Assembly (NCBI RefSeq): GCF_009914755.1
Contig: NC_060946.1
Source: the human T2T-CHM13v2.0 reference genome, Homo sapiens
Length of the DNA: 64,000 nt
Strand: one strand, 5' to 3'
The position numbers and the translations under genes are program-made. The stretch's first letter is position 1; each line of letters begins with the position of its first letter. Positions 15,485-29,508 of this stretch are shown here, piece after piece. The notes beneath the pieces were generated by a model. It made no database searches. It was not told the DNA's origin and saw nothing but the letters and a program-made list of their open reading frames with translations.

Positions 15485-16129
15485 CAGTCATCTCTTCTTA
15501 TCCATGGGGGATATGTTCCAAGACTCCCAGTAGATGTTGAAACCGAGGATAGTACCAAACCCTATGTATGTGAGGTTTTGTCCTATGCATATGTACCTGT
15601 GATAAAGTTTAATTTATAAATTAGGCACAGTAAGAGATTAACAACGATAACTAATGGTAAACTAGAACAATTACAACAACAATAGATTGCTTACAATTTC
15701 ACAGACAGAAGATTGGTTCATACTATTGATCTTAGCAACCTCAGCATACAGTTTTTTTCTTAAGTCTAGAACTCTGACCTTTTCACTTAAAGGAAGCACT
15801 TTATGGCTTCTCTTTGGCATATTCAAATTGGCAGCATCACTACTCTTGTACTTTGAGGTCATTGTTAAGTAAGATAAGGGTTCCATGAACACGAGCACTG
15901 TGATACCATGGCAGAATGGCTGGGGAGCATAAATAGTGTGGGTGTGCTGGACAAGGGAGGATTCAAGCCCTGGGAGGGATGGTGAGAGATTTTCTCATGC
16001 TCCTCAGCATGGTGCACAACTTAAAAAACAGGAATTGTTTATTTTAGGAATTTTCCACTTAATAGTTTCAGACCACGGGTAACTGAAAATTGCAAAACGT
16101 GAATCCTTGAATGAGGGTACAACTCTCTG
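15485..16129 (-). mobile_element. MER44 / Tigger7-derived element with transposase N-terminal remnant
   Basis: TA-cagt terminus. ORF 15671-15898 MPKRSHKVLPLSEKVRVLDL..KKLYAEVAKI..NQSSVCEIV is a Tigger/CENP-B-type helix-turn-helix start. Confidence 0.85.
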
Positions 16130-19100
16130 TTCTTTTCTGAAGCACCAGTCTCTGTAAATTCTTTCTGTTGCTTTCAGGACAAAGTTAAAACTGGTAAGCT
16201 TGGCCTTCAGGGCTGCCCCTGATTGGACCTGCCTGGCCGGCTCAGGTGTCCTCTTCTGTATTCCTGCAGCCCTTCGTGTTTCCCTCCAGTGCTGGATGTG
16301 AATGGTGCTTTTTGCTTGTCTGTGGGGCCTTCTCTCTCCCTTATCCCCACCCACATCCTGATATTGGTAAGAGCAGTACCTGTTTCTGATTTACCTTTTA
16401 GTCCCCAATACAAGGTCTATCACAAAGTAGCTTTCTTTTAAATGTTTATCAAATAAATAAATAGAAGATTAAAAGAGGTGCCAGGTGTTAGCACACAGAG
16501 AAATAGGTCTTGGAAAAAGGACCTGAAAGTGCTGTTGTCATGTTTGTGTCATGCTGATGGCACGATTCCCGAGGGCACCGAGGAAATGGTCAGACTTCTT
16601 TCCTGTAGGTCAAGGCTGGTGAGAGTTTGGCACTTGAGATGTCTTCCTAGGTCTGCTGAGGCTGGCGGCCCACTACCCGCATTTGTCCCTGACTGCTTTG
16701 CAGGCCGTCCCCTGTCCTACAGCAGGCCAGGTCTGTGTCACTGGCCCTCCCTCTCCCCTTCTTAATCCTCATCACTCTTCATTTGCACACTTTGAGGTTT
16801 TCCAGCACATTTAATATTATTTCAGCCATTCTCTCTTTTCTGAAAACCAGAAATAGTTACCTGCAATTTGTGTGGTACAATTTTTTAAAAAAAATGTACA
16901 TTTTTAAATTAGGCAGATCTGGGCTTTGCCACTCATTAAGCTCCATGACTGTGAACAAATTAACCCTTACAGATTTCATTTTCTTTATCTGTCATCTTGG
17001 AACATTATTTTCTACCTTGCAAAACCATTAGGAATACCAAATATTTGCATGGAAGAGATTTGTAATATAGTAGGATACTTGGCACGTTTCCTTTCCCTCG
17101 CCTATTTCCCATTTTCAAGCAGAGCTAACACAGCTTCTAAGACATATGATCTTGATTCGTAAGACATAGTCCCCTAATTGTAATCTGCACCCCGAGTGTC
17201 ACATTGCACAGTCTGCCTCAGGTAACAGTGGGGCTTCCACATGTCTTGCCTTGGAGGTCTGTGCTAGGCTGTCAGGAGGTGTGGATGGCAGGCACGGGAG
17301 AAGGGACAGGAGGCTGGCTTCCTGTGGGCTCGCCTGTCGACCCCCTCCCTGTGCCCAGAGGACACACAGCTTAGAGCAGGGCCCAAATTGACCTGATGGC
17401 TATTCTTACACATTCCAGATAGTCATTCTGAGGGCTGCTGTGTGGCAGATTCCCAGCACGGGCTGGACACTTGAGCTCCCAGCAAGCCTTTATTTTTTTA
17501 TTTTTTAAACACCGTGGGCAAGCTGATCAACAGTTTCCAGGGCATTATTTATTGATGGCAAGGAGCTTATCATAATACAACAAGCAATTGAGATTCTGTC
17601 CATGAGTTAAAAATTAAAGACTGAATGTGTTCATGACAGAATTCTGTTTGTTCAGGCACTGAAGTATGACATTGTAGATGATGCATTATGGGTGGGGATT
17701 GCACCCCAAGTAGCAGAGGCAGAATGCATATTTTTAAAAACTTGCTGTATGGGTTATTTTTGTTCTAAATGTAGCTGTGCGTGTTAGCACAGATGTGCCG
17801 AAACAGCTTTTCAGAGCTGCTTTGTTTTCTCTGCTGCTGCCATGGTTTACCCATCCCTTTCTGGTATTGTTGCTCTCTCAAGTCATGTCTTGTGGTACTT
17901 TCGGGAGGCTACTAAATGGAGTGGAGTTTTAAGTAATGTGCACTCAAGTACATTAGAGATAAATTCACTTCTTGATTCATATTTTCTCCTGCTTCTGCTT
18001 AAAAATGGGGATCTTTCATCTAGCTCTTTAAATACTTCACTGGCCAGCTTTTGACATTTTGCCTAATTAAACTGTCTTAAAGAAATGACAGTAATGGAAA
18101 ACTAACACTGTGCTTCTACTTTTTTTCTTATGATTCAGCTAGTTTAAAGTTCTTTATAAAGAATGCAACAAAAATGCCCTAAGTAGAAGTACAAATAAAA
18201 GATGATATTAAATTCTCGCATTTTATTGAGCACTTTCTAGAAGCCAGGTATTGTGTAAGACGTTCTGTTTTCTTACCGTTTACTAGAATGACACCTTCTG
18301 TTTGCAGTAGAGCTTTTTGGCCTGTTTTTCATGAGGCCAGAATGACTCACCTAAGTTCACATGGCTGAGCAGGTGGCAGCGCCAGGCTTAACTCAGTGCT
18401 CCTGGGTCCTGTCCCTGCCTTCTTGCCATTACCTCTTGTTCTGTGGAAGTCTGAGGAAGCCGCGAGGCTGAGAGTCAGAGACAGTCCTGTGCAAAGGGGT
18501 CTGCACCGTCCTGCAGGAGGGGTATACTTGGCAGCCTCTGAGCCACGTCCTCCTGGACCAAACGTGGGAAGATATTTTGCATTCCAAATCAGTTGAAAAT
18601 ACCTTTCTGACATCTAGCTCTAAGGTTTCTGGTTGTTTTGGACAAAGCAGACAAATTTTGTAGCTATGCAGTGATTCAACATTCATTCACCAAATTTTTT
18701 TTTCATCTTGTAATCAGAAATATAGCTAGCTTCTTAAAAATCAGCTAATTTCATTCATTATTTAAACAAAGATTTTATCTGCTAGTTGAATAATTCATGA
18801 GAAAATTGCACTAAATTCAGATGTGAATGTTTGCTAAAGAAAAGATAGTTGCTAATTTTTCTGGAATTTGGTAGTTGAACTCAGAGAATATTTGTATTAA
18901 TCACATTGTGTTTTGTACTTCCGGGTACTTTAAGAGCCTCTGCCATTACTATTCTTGAAAAGCATCTTTATTTTGTCACAAAAGCTTGGAGAATGCTACT
19001 CACTACTTTACCCTATTGAGTTTTGCCATAGAACTGTAGTATCATTCTCTCTGGATTCCTTTCTTTTTGGAGGTGTCATGGGGAGCAGGGTTAGTTTATG

Positions 19101-20769
19101 GGATGCAGTCTCTGACATTCTCGGCCTCACTGTGTTCCCGTGTGGCCACTGAGGCCCCGTGCAGTGGTGCAGTCCTTGTGTGCGAAGCTGGGCGCCAGTG
19201 CAGCCCGCACTTTATCACCCTTCCTGCCAGGGCATTGCTCCCTGGTCGGAAGGATTGTTGGTTCTTCCTTACTTAGGTCTCGTACCCACTCCAAGTGCAA
19301 TGCTGCGGGCACATCTCAGCTGGTCAGCAAAACTTGTACTATTAAATGCCTTTATCTCATAAAATCTTAATTTATAAAATGTAGGCAGCTGGAGGAATGC
19401 TCAGCCTTCCTTTATGGCAAAGGAAAGCCCCAAAGAACATTTTTTACCTATCAAAAAAGCAACTTTAAAAATCTGCAGCATCAGTAATTAAAAGGGAAGC
19501 ACGGACAGTTCTAGGGGTGGTATGAATTGGGAGAACCCTCCTGGGAGGCATTTTAACAGTATGTCTCAAAGACACTCAAAAATGGTTTTGTTTTGTTTTT
19601 GTCCAGTAATTCTTTTTGGAATTTCTCCAAAGGAAATAATCAGTGATGAGGTTAAAAAAAATTGTCTATATGGATGCTCATTGCATTGTTGGTGAAAATT
19701 TAGTCATGATGCAAATGTCCTGAAATGTTCAGTAAATTATGGTAGGTTATAGTGACTGAATAGAATATACTATTAGAAAATCACATTTTCAAATAATTTT
19801 TATTGTATGGAAAGATCTAAAATACTGTATATATAAAGATGATCTTCATTTTTTAACAAATTAAGTATAAGTATTTAATATATGTGCATTGAAAAACACA
19901 GAGAATTTTCATGGATAGGATCTGTCCCCATCTCAGGGTTGGGGCTTGGCTCCTGAAAGAAGGGTCAGACCCTAGAGTGTTCAGCTGGGCTGCAGTGAGA
20001 TTTGAGGGTGACGATCCTCTAGCTGAAATGGACTCTAATTCTCATTGACTCCAAAACTGGAGTTCGGACCTTTTTCCGTCTACCGCTGTGTCTTGATCTG
20101 CCTCCTGGCCCCTTTTCCCTCAAGGCACTAGGGAGACAGGAGGGCCCAGGAAATGCCGAGTGCCCTGGCAGTTTCCTTCCCACCTTCTAGCCTCCAGTTC
20201 CCAAGCCTGGCATTTGCTTCTTTTGACCTTCGGTACTCAGTAGACTTACTGTATGGGAAGGAATGCTGTCCAGTCGTCTTGAGTTGAACGTTCTCATCAA
20301 TACTTTGGTGGCTCTTCCCATATCCCAGCTTTGGACAGAATAGTCAGTTGGAATTAAAATAATTTAATTCAGTTTAGTGAGGTCTATATGTCTGTCTGTG
20401 TGTTATTCCTGTATAATTTTAACAGAACACAGTAGGACATTTGCATATTTCACAGCCCGCAGTTTGGAAATACATTTCTGAAAGAAGTTACCCTGAAAAA
20501 CAATCAGCGGGCAAATAATTTGATGATCACTGTAACTTTTAAAGAAAATCTTGTGCAATTTCAGTTACTGATGATCTTTTTCCAGGAACAAAAATATTCA
20601 TATCATTTACAAATTAATCTATCAGGAATGAGTGTTTACATTTGCCTACAATATTTAGTGTGGGATTACTCAAATCTTTTGGTTGAGTAATACTTGGTGC
20701 TGATCCCAAGGTTATACAAGGAGCACCAGGATTTCTCTCCTGAGACCTTTATGTCCTGAGCCCTTTGCT

Positions 20770-21290
20770 GTCTCCATCTACCCGCTTTAGGAGATTTCCA
20801 GTGCCCAAGATTTAAGGGCCATTTGTATGCAGATGACAGCAGAATGCCTGTTGAGCCCAGACATGTCCCTGGGGCTCCACACTAGGGGACATAACTGCTC
20901 ACATTTTCAATGTATAAGAGATGGATAATATATAACTGGTAATGTTTACTTAGGTGTCTCGTCTCTAAGTGCCTCCCGCGAAATATGCCCAAACTGTGCC
21001 CTTGAGTCCCGCATCCCCAGATCTTTTCTTTGCCCTCCCAGTAAATGATCCCACCACACATCCATTTCAACCAGACTCTTAGAATCTTCCAGTTGTTTCT
21101 TTCTCTTACCACAGTCCTAGAGAGCAGTTAGTGTCTGATCTACCTTTACCATGTATCTCGTATCCACCTGCATCTTTCTGTCCCCACTGCTGTCGCAGGC
21201 TTCAGGCCTGCATCACCTTTCATTCAGCGTCTGCAGCAGCTTCCTCACTGGGCTTCTTCGTGCCGCTCTTGCTCCTTCTCACACAAATCT
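20770..21290 (+). mobile_element. LINE-2 fragment
   Basis: ttgtatgcagatgac (LYADD RT motif) at about 20823, followed by typical L2 3' sequence. Confidence 0.7.
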
Positions 21291-21334
21291 AAAATTTTTT
21301 TCCTGATTTCCAAGACTTTATATTCCACCCTTCT

Positions 21335-21800
21335 GTGAATCTGAGTCACCTAGGGAGCTTTTAGTTCATTAGTTAATGAAAGACAGGGTCTCCCTCTGCT
21401 GCCCAGGCTGCAGTGCAGTGGCACAGTCAAAGCTCCCTGGAACTTTGAACTCCTGAGCGATCCTCCCACCTCAGCCTCCCTGGTAGCTGGGACTACAGGC
21501 TCACACACCACACCCAGCTAATTTTTAATTTTTTGTAGAGATGAGGTCTCGCCGTGTTGTTCAGACTGGTCTCGAATTTGTGACCTCAAATGATCCTCCC
21601 ACCTCACCCTCCGAAAGCACTAGGATTACAGGCATGAGCCACCATGCCCAGCCAGGAGCTTTTAAACTATGTATCTGTGCCAGGACCGTCACCCCCAAGA
21701 TACAGATTAAGTTGGCATGAGGTGGGGCCAAGACATGGGTAGTTTTAAAAGCTCCCCAGGAGATGCAGATTGACAGTAAGGATGGAAAGTCACTGCTCTG
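21335..21800. mobile_element. MER5A interrupted by an antisense AluJ (21378-21653)
   Basis: MER5 motifs (gagtcacctagggagcttt; aaagctccccaggagat) on both sides; TSD ggagctttta. Confidence 0.8.
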
Positions 21801-23539
21801 TATCAGTGCTTCTTCAGACTGTATCAGCACATCTTCATGAGCTGAAAGGCTCACCTGACCACCCCTCTAAAACAGTCTTTGGCCACTCTCAATCTCTAGT
21901 AGATCATCTTAATTATTTATTTTATAGGAATTACCATAATTTGTAAATGTATTTTTAGTTATTAATTTACTCACCTGCCTCCCCCTGGCTAAGTTTCATT
22001 CAGTACGTATCTGTTGGTTATATTTGGACCCTGCAAGGGTGGAAGGTGAGCTTTTGCTTCTCACGCGCATATATTTTTTTTCCGCAAATCATTGTTAAGT
22101 ATCTCGGGACCGGGCAAGGGATGCAAGGATGAGTGGAAACATGGCTCTTGTCATTGAAAGCCCCAGAGTCTAATGAAAGAGTGAGACAAGCAAACAAATA
22201 GCTGCTCTGTATACCATGGACGCTATACAGCTCAACTCAAAGAGGGATTCAATTGTCACCGCCCTGGGAAGGCACCAGTGAAGGGCCTGGAAAAGTTAGG
22301 GGTTAGTATGTTAATACAGCTCTCTCCACGACAAGAAGAAGAGAGGGAGAGCCTTCTAACCCATCCAGCCCCTTTGTGGTGGTGGTGGTGGTGCACTGAT
22401 GTGTTGGGCTTTAGCTTTGGCCGTTAGGGATGTAGGAGTGTGTCCTTCCTTTGGAGAGAAGCTCAGTTTGTCAGGATTGTCCTGCTCCCACCTTCATGAG
22501 GCTGCTTTGCCAACTACACTCCTTTTTTTCCTCTTGGACCGCTGGTGAGGAGTGGATATTTTACCCCCAGAAGACTCTTAAGTGGGTCAGAACAACACAT
22601 GAATCTAATTAACTGCAAAATCACTTTGACCTCAAGGTGGAAAATTCATTCCATATTAAGATACTCCAATGAAAGGCCTACATTCATTGTAATAATAAAA
22701 TGCCCATAAGAGACACTCCATATTTGAATATTAATTCTATCTCATTATCAGATTTCCAGAGAGATATTAAAATCCAAAGATAACATTGCATTTTAAATTA
22801 AAGTCCAAAGGCATTAAAGTCCAATTCTCTTGCCCATGTGTGTTCAAATAAATTGAAATTCAAAATATATTCTCCCTGATTTCTTATTCTGCACAATCCC
22901 AGTTAGAGGGGCTCTTAATGCCTGTATAGGGTCAGGATTTTTTTGTAACAGCTGCAGTCTGGACTGTCTCTTGCCGGAATGTGTGTGGTTCTTTCAGGAA
23001 CACCCAATACCAAACCTCTGATATGCCTCACTTCTTAAAATTAAAAAAGTTAACAGGACACGAGATTATCAAAACATTGCCCCCCCGCCGCCCCACACAT
23101 ACACCAGAGTTAGAAAACAAGCCAATTCCTGGTCTTCTAATAGTTACCCCAAGCAAAAGTATGTCTCCAGAAACCAATACTTCTTACTTGTTGCCAACTA
23201 GCAGACCATAGCAGAAAGTCTGTGATATCTGAGGGAAAGATGGAGAAAGTCTTCATTTCTGCTTCAGCAGATTTCAATTAGTCTCTGACAGTTGGGGGGC
23301 TACACATTTGGGAGCAATCTCCTCAGTAATTTCTTGGATCTTGCTGTCAGTAATTCCAGTGAGTCAAGACCATGCCTTGCTTCTCTCATGGGTTTTGTAG
23401 GACCCAATCACAGTTTCTGTTCAAATAGCCACTGAAACATCTACTCTTTTCTACACTTCACTGTAAGTGTGTTAGAACACAGTGCGTTTTCATTCCTCTT
23501 TATATCTTTTTATCCTGACCTTCTAGATCTTATTTCCCA

Positions 23540-23830
23540 TTTCATTTATTTTTATTGTTTATTTTTCAAGACAGAGCCTCTCTCTCCCTCTCTCTGTCGC
23601 CCAATCTGCAGTGCAGTGGCACAGACATAGCTTACTGTACTCTCGAACTCCTGGGCTCAACCCATCTTCATGCCTCAGCCTCCCCAGTAGCTGGGACTAC
23701 AGTTACACACTGTCACACCCAGCTAATTTTTTAAAAAATTATTTGTTGAGATGGGGTCTCTCTATGTTGCCCAGGCTGGTCTCAAACTCCTGGCCTCAAG
23801 CCAGCCTCCCTCTTTGGCCTCCCAAAGTGC
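23540..23830 (-). mobile_element. AluJ
   Basis: Diverged Alu dimer. Confidence 0.9.
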
Positions 23831-24664
23831 TCTTACTCCAAAAAACATTACTGTTTTCCAGCTAAATCAGCCTTATTGCTTTAGTTTGTTTTTATTCTTT
23901 TGTTGTTTCTGTTCTGATAGTAAGACTGAAATACTTTTTACATCATTCTAGTTCCTCTTTGATTTTCTGAACATCCTTGATTTCTAGAGATAGAACATTT
24001 TAAACAAAGACCTTTTAAAATTATAGTATTTTATTGAATTTATTTTTCTATATCAGTGCCAGGAGACAGTATCCTTGTGTTTTTTTTCTGGTCTTAGCAT
24101 CTATGTAAACTTTCCTTTACCTATGACATTTACTATGGGTTTCTGACACATAGCCTTTTTGAAGTTAAAAAAGTTCTCTAGTTTTCTGATAATCAAAAAA
24201 AATCATAAATAGGGGCTAAGCATGGTCGGGTACTTTTTCTGTGATGGTTGATATTATTATGAGTACATTAATGAGGTTCATTGTAGATTTTCTGATCCAC
24301 TTGAATCTATTCTTGCATTTTTGAGAAAAGTCTGCCTGAACATGATGTATTATTGTAGCATCTTTGATTTAGTTATGCTAATATTATTTCTAGAATATTT
24401 TAGGGGAAGGGGATCTATTTTCATAAGTTAAAAAGGCCTTTAATTTCTTTACAGTGGTCTATCTTTCCTGGTTTTGGAACAAAGTCATACTAGCCTTGTA
24501 AAATGAGTTGGAAATCTTTCCTTATTTTTCTGTTGTTTTGGAACAACTTGTATACAAAATACATGTTCTGTTTCTTGAAAATTGGGTGGAACTCGCTTGA
24601 GAGCTATTTGCGTCTTTGTGTTTGTTAGTGAGTCTTGGTCATTTTAGTATCTTTAAAAATTTTT

Positions 24665-26470
24665 GTTCTTTTAATATTTTTTCTTATTTTCTTCCCAGGC
24701 ACAGTTTATTTTGGAATTCAGATAAGAACTGACACTTATAAGCATTCCAAATGTTAATAAACATTTTTTCTTCAAGGCAATTACCTTTTCTTAAGCTCAA
24801 TCTTAGCACTATCCTTTGCAAAAACAAAAATTTTAAAAAAGTCTAAATAGATTAAAATAGAAGTCAATTCTACCCTTCTCATAGAAATTATTCTGAAAGA
24901 ATTAGAAGATTCAATGATATAAATTAGATTAAGAGGAGGTAGACTTAAATTTAGTACCTAAAATATAATTATATTTCACTAAATAAGACCGTTATTCTTC
25001 TAAAGAGGTCCTCTAAGCTGGCTTTTATTCTGCTGTAGTTTCATCTCACTAAGAGGGAGGACAGTAAATCAACTGGTCTTACCAAAAAGTTTCCACTTTT
25101 TAGTAGTGAGCTCTCTAGCTTCAGATAACTTAGAAGTTTATCTTTTCCCCCTTGGTAACCACTTTTTCTCCACCGTTCTTGTAGTTGTTGTAATAGAGCC
25201 CTGGTTTCTTTTCCCCCAAGAAATGTCCCCTTTTCTGGTGTCATGCCCACTGAACAGGAACTGTAGGAAGGGACCACAGCTGCCTTTCCTTTAGGGGATG
25301 GTGCTCTCCTTGGCTCTTCAGTAGTTCACGTATGTGAGAAGTCACGGCAAGTTCCCTAAAGTCCCTGAGAAAGTCTTGGTAGGGTTTCAGTGGCTCTGAA
25401 CTATCTATTGCTTTAATTCAGTCTTTTTTATTTTTAACTATAAACAAGCCAAGGTTTTTCTCTTCTTTTGAAATCGTCAACCTCCAATCCAATTTTGTGA
25501 CATCATTCTGTACTTTGAATAATGAGGCCAAAAGAGTCATTGGCTTTGGTGAAAAACCTTCGACATTTTTACTGACTTTGTTAAATTCTTCTAAACTTGC
25601 ATTGGCTGTTATACCTACATAGGGAGCCACATGAAGATCATAGATAAGGTGAATCAAATGATTTACATGTTTACTGACAAGAGCTTTTTTAGTTCCACCC
25701 AAATGCTTTCTCCTAATAGCCCAGCCAGGCCTTTTGCAGGCTCTGCAGTTGCTTCTCAGGACCGTGGTCACCAGGTTTGTCTACAGTTCTCCCACAAAAC
25801 CTGACATATCTTAAAATTCAAAAACAATTGTATTGTACTCTGTTGATGTCCAACAGACTTTTCTTATTTTAAAAAATCTCCATAACCATTAAATTAGATA
25901 AAGTACCATCAAAACCCAAAGACATAGAATTGTTTGCTAGAGAGCTTTGTGTTCAGCATCTCCTAGTCAGTTGTGAATTTGTCCTCAGCATGTCTTCCAT
26001 CAGTGACAACATCAATCCAGAGTGTAGTAATTTAAAAATTGTCTTCACGAAGCCTGGCAGTAATTGTTCTGTGCTTTTCTGCTGTCCATCATCCAAATAC
26101 CAGCTGACGGAAACATCTACTGCATTTCAATAAGGGTAACAATGGTAGCAGAGTCCACATCTTGAGGTCTTATTCCATTTAATAAATCTCTCACTGCTCC
26201 TTCTGCTATTCTGAATTCACGATTCTCTTTAACAAATAATTCTGTCAAGCTCTTCAATCTTTCTGTGACAAATGACTAGAATTCTGGAGCCTGCACCTTC
26301 ATTTTAGGCAGCTATTGCTTCAGAAGTCACAGTCTGTTCCACCAGCCTTTGCCAAGGATGCAGGTGCCACAGCATCTCAAGAGAAGTCACCAATCACACA
26401 GCTCCATGCTGAGGCCCTCTTGCCTGCTACTGAGGAGCTCTTGCCACCCCCGATTCCTGCCTTTCCCCAG
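24665..26470 (-). pseudogene. Processed pseudogene of TRNT1 (CCA-adding tRNA nucleotidyltransferase)
   Basis: Minus-strand translation gives intronless TRNT1-like blocks: MLWHLHPWQR (ATG at 26375), [96 protein letters not shown] (ORF 25418-25771) and [24 protein letters not shown] (ORF 25041-25277). Multiple stops and frameshifts. 3'UTR with AATAAA (tttatt at 24705-24710) and a decayed A-tail near 24665-24695. The 5' end may extend to about 26973 beyond the LTR. Confidence 0.93.
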
Positions 26471-26943
26471 TGATGCAGGACAGGTAAGCCCCCAAATTGG
26501 GACTTAGCCTGGGAAGGTTCTTGGCTTTGCCCGGGAAATAATTCAAGGGTGAGCTGGTGGTGGTAAACAGCAACTTTGATTGAAGCAGCAGTGTATAGCA
26601 GCAGCAGAGGTGCTGCTCCTTGCAGAGCAGGGCTGCCCTATAGGCAGTGTGCCCAGAATAGCAGCTCAGAGACAGGTCTGCACTCATATTTATACCCACT
26701 TTTAACTATATGCGAATTAAGGGGCAGTTTATGCAGAAATTTCTAGGAAAAGGGTGGCAACTCTTAAGTCATCAGGTTGTTGCTGTGGAAAGGGGCGGTA
26801 ACTTCTGGGTGTTGCCATGGCAATGGTAAACTGACATGACATATTGGTGGGTATGTCTTATCGAAAATGGCTTCCACCCCTGACCTACCTGTTTTAGTTA
26901 GTCCTCAATTTGGTCAGGTGTCTGAGCCCTGCCTCCTACCTCT
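26471..26943 (-). mobile_element. ERV1-class solo LTR (LOR1/MER4-group-like; subfamily uncertain)
   Basis: TG start on +, about 470 bp, 4-bp TSD ccag (26467-26470 / 26944-26947). Minus-strand TATA (ggtataaata near 26690) and a degenerate poly(A) signal near 26575. Confidence 0.8.
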
Positions 26944-28054
26944 CCAGGACATGGGCAGTAGCCTGGCTGGGCACTTTAAAAAGGACAGTTGTATCCAAGC
27001 CTTTGATTTTTTTCTGTCAATTTTAACATTTTCTGTCTCAGAAATATCTATTTCATCTAGATTTTCACATTTTTTTCATAAAATTGTTCATATTTTAATA
27101 TTTTATCTAGGTTGTCTAAAACCTGTTTCTCCCTTTTAATTCTATTCTTTCTTAAAAAAAAAAAAAGGATGTCTCTTTTTTCCTTCCTCAGTCTTTCTGG
27201 AATTTTCCATTCTATTAATGTTTACAAATAACCAGCTTTTGGTTTTGGCTAATCTTCTCTGTAGTGTTGTTGTTCTAATTCACTGACTTTCTTGCCTGTC
27301 AGTTTATAAGAACAAAGATAAAAATGATAACAGGCTTTCCTTCAGAAATGATGCAAGACAGGAATCAATGGAATGACATCTTAAAAATACTAAAGGAAAA
27401 CTGTTAATCTAGAATTATGTATCCAGCCAAAATATCCTTCAAAAATGAAGGTCAAAAAAAAGAAGGTAAAATGTCCTGTAAGAAATGTTAAATGAAGTTC
27501 AACAAGGTGAAAGTAAATGATAGCACATGGAAACCTGACCTATACAAATATATACAAAGGATCAGAATCCCTGGAAAAGTTAAATATATGGGTAAAAAGA
27601 AAAGATTTCTATTCTCACTTTTAATTTTCTTTGAAATGTAATTGGCTCTTTAAAGTAATCATAATGGCAGTATATTAGGGGATTTTTAATGTGTATATAG
27701 AAGAAAAATATATGAGAGTAATTGCCCAAAGATTAAACAGAGTATACAGTTACAACATTCTTATATTGTATGTGGGGTAGTATGGTATTATTTGTAGATA
27801 GACTGCAACAAGGTAAAGATGTATACTCTAAACTCCAGTGCAACCACTTTTAGAAAAAGAGAGAGACAGTTAACAAGCCAGTATTGGAGAAATAAGTGGA
27901 ATATTTAAAAATGCTCAGTCTCAAAAGAGTCTGGAAAATAAGAACAAAGAATAGTGAAGACAAATAGAAAACAGATGGCAGAATGATAAACTCAATCATG
28001 TTGATAAATATATTAAATGTAAATGGCTTAAATATCCAACTAAAAGACTACTAG

Positions 28055-29508
<1,454 letters not shown>

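Larger units (their letters stand above)
24000..27300 (-). mobile_element. Old antisense L1 (pieces at about 24000-24650 and 26990-27300) interrupted by the TRNT1 retrocopy
   Basis: Highly diverged L1 ORF2 reverse-complement motifs flank the pseudogene. Confidence 0.55.

Noticed and set aside
24069-24076. Additional GTATCCTT motif
   Set aside because: Lies in decayed L1 sequence with no convincing upstream acceptor; about one 8-mer match is expected by chance.
25418-25771. 117-aa ORF with strong TRNT1 similarity as a functional retrogene
   Set aside because: Fragment of a frameshifted, stop-riddled retrocopy; its N-terminus is out of frame and it lacks the catalytic head.
24651-26982. ctttaaaaa on both flanks as the TSD of the TRNT1 retrocopy
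   Set aside because: Short, AT-rich and not clearly in canonical TPRT register; cannot be supported without alignment.
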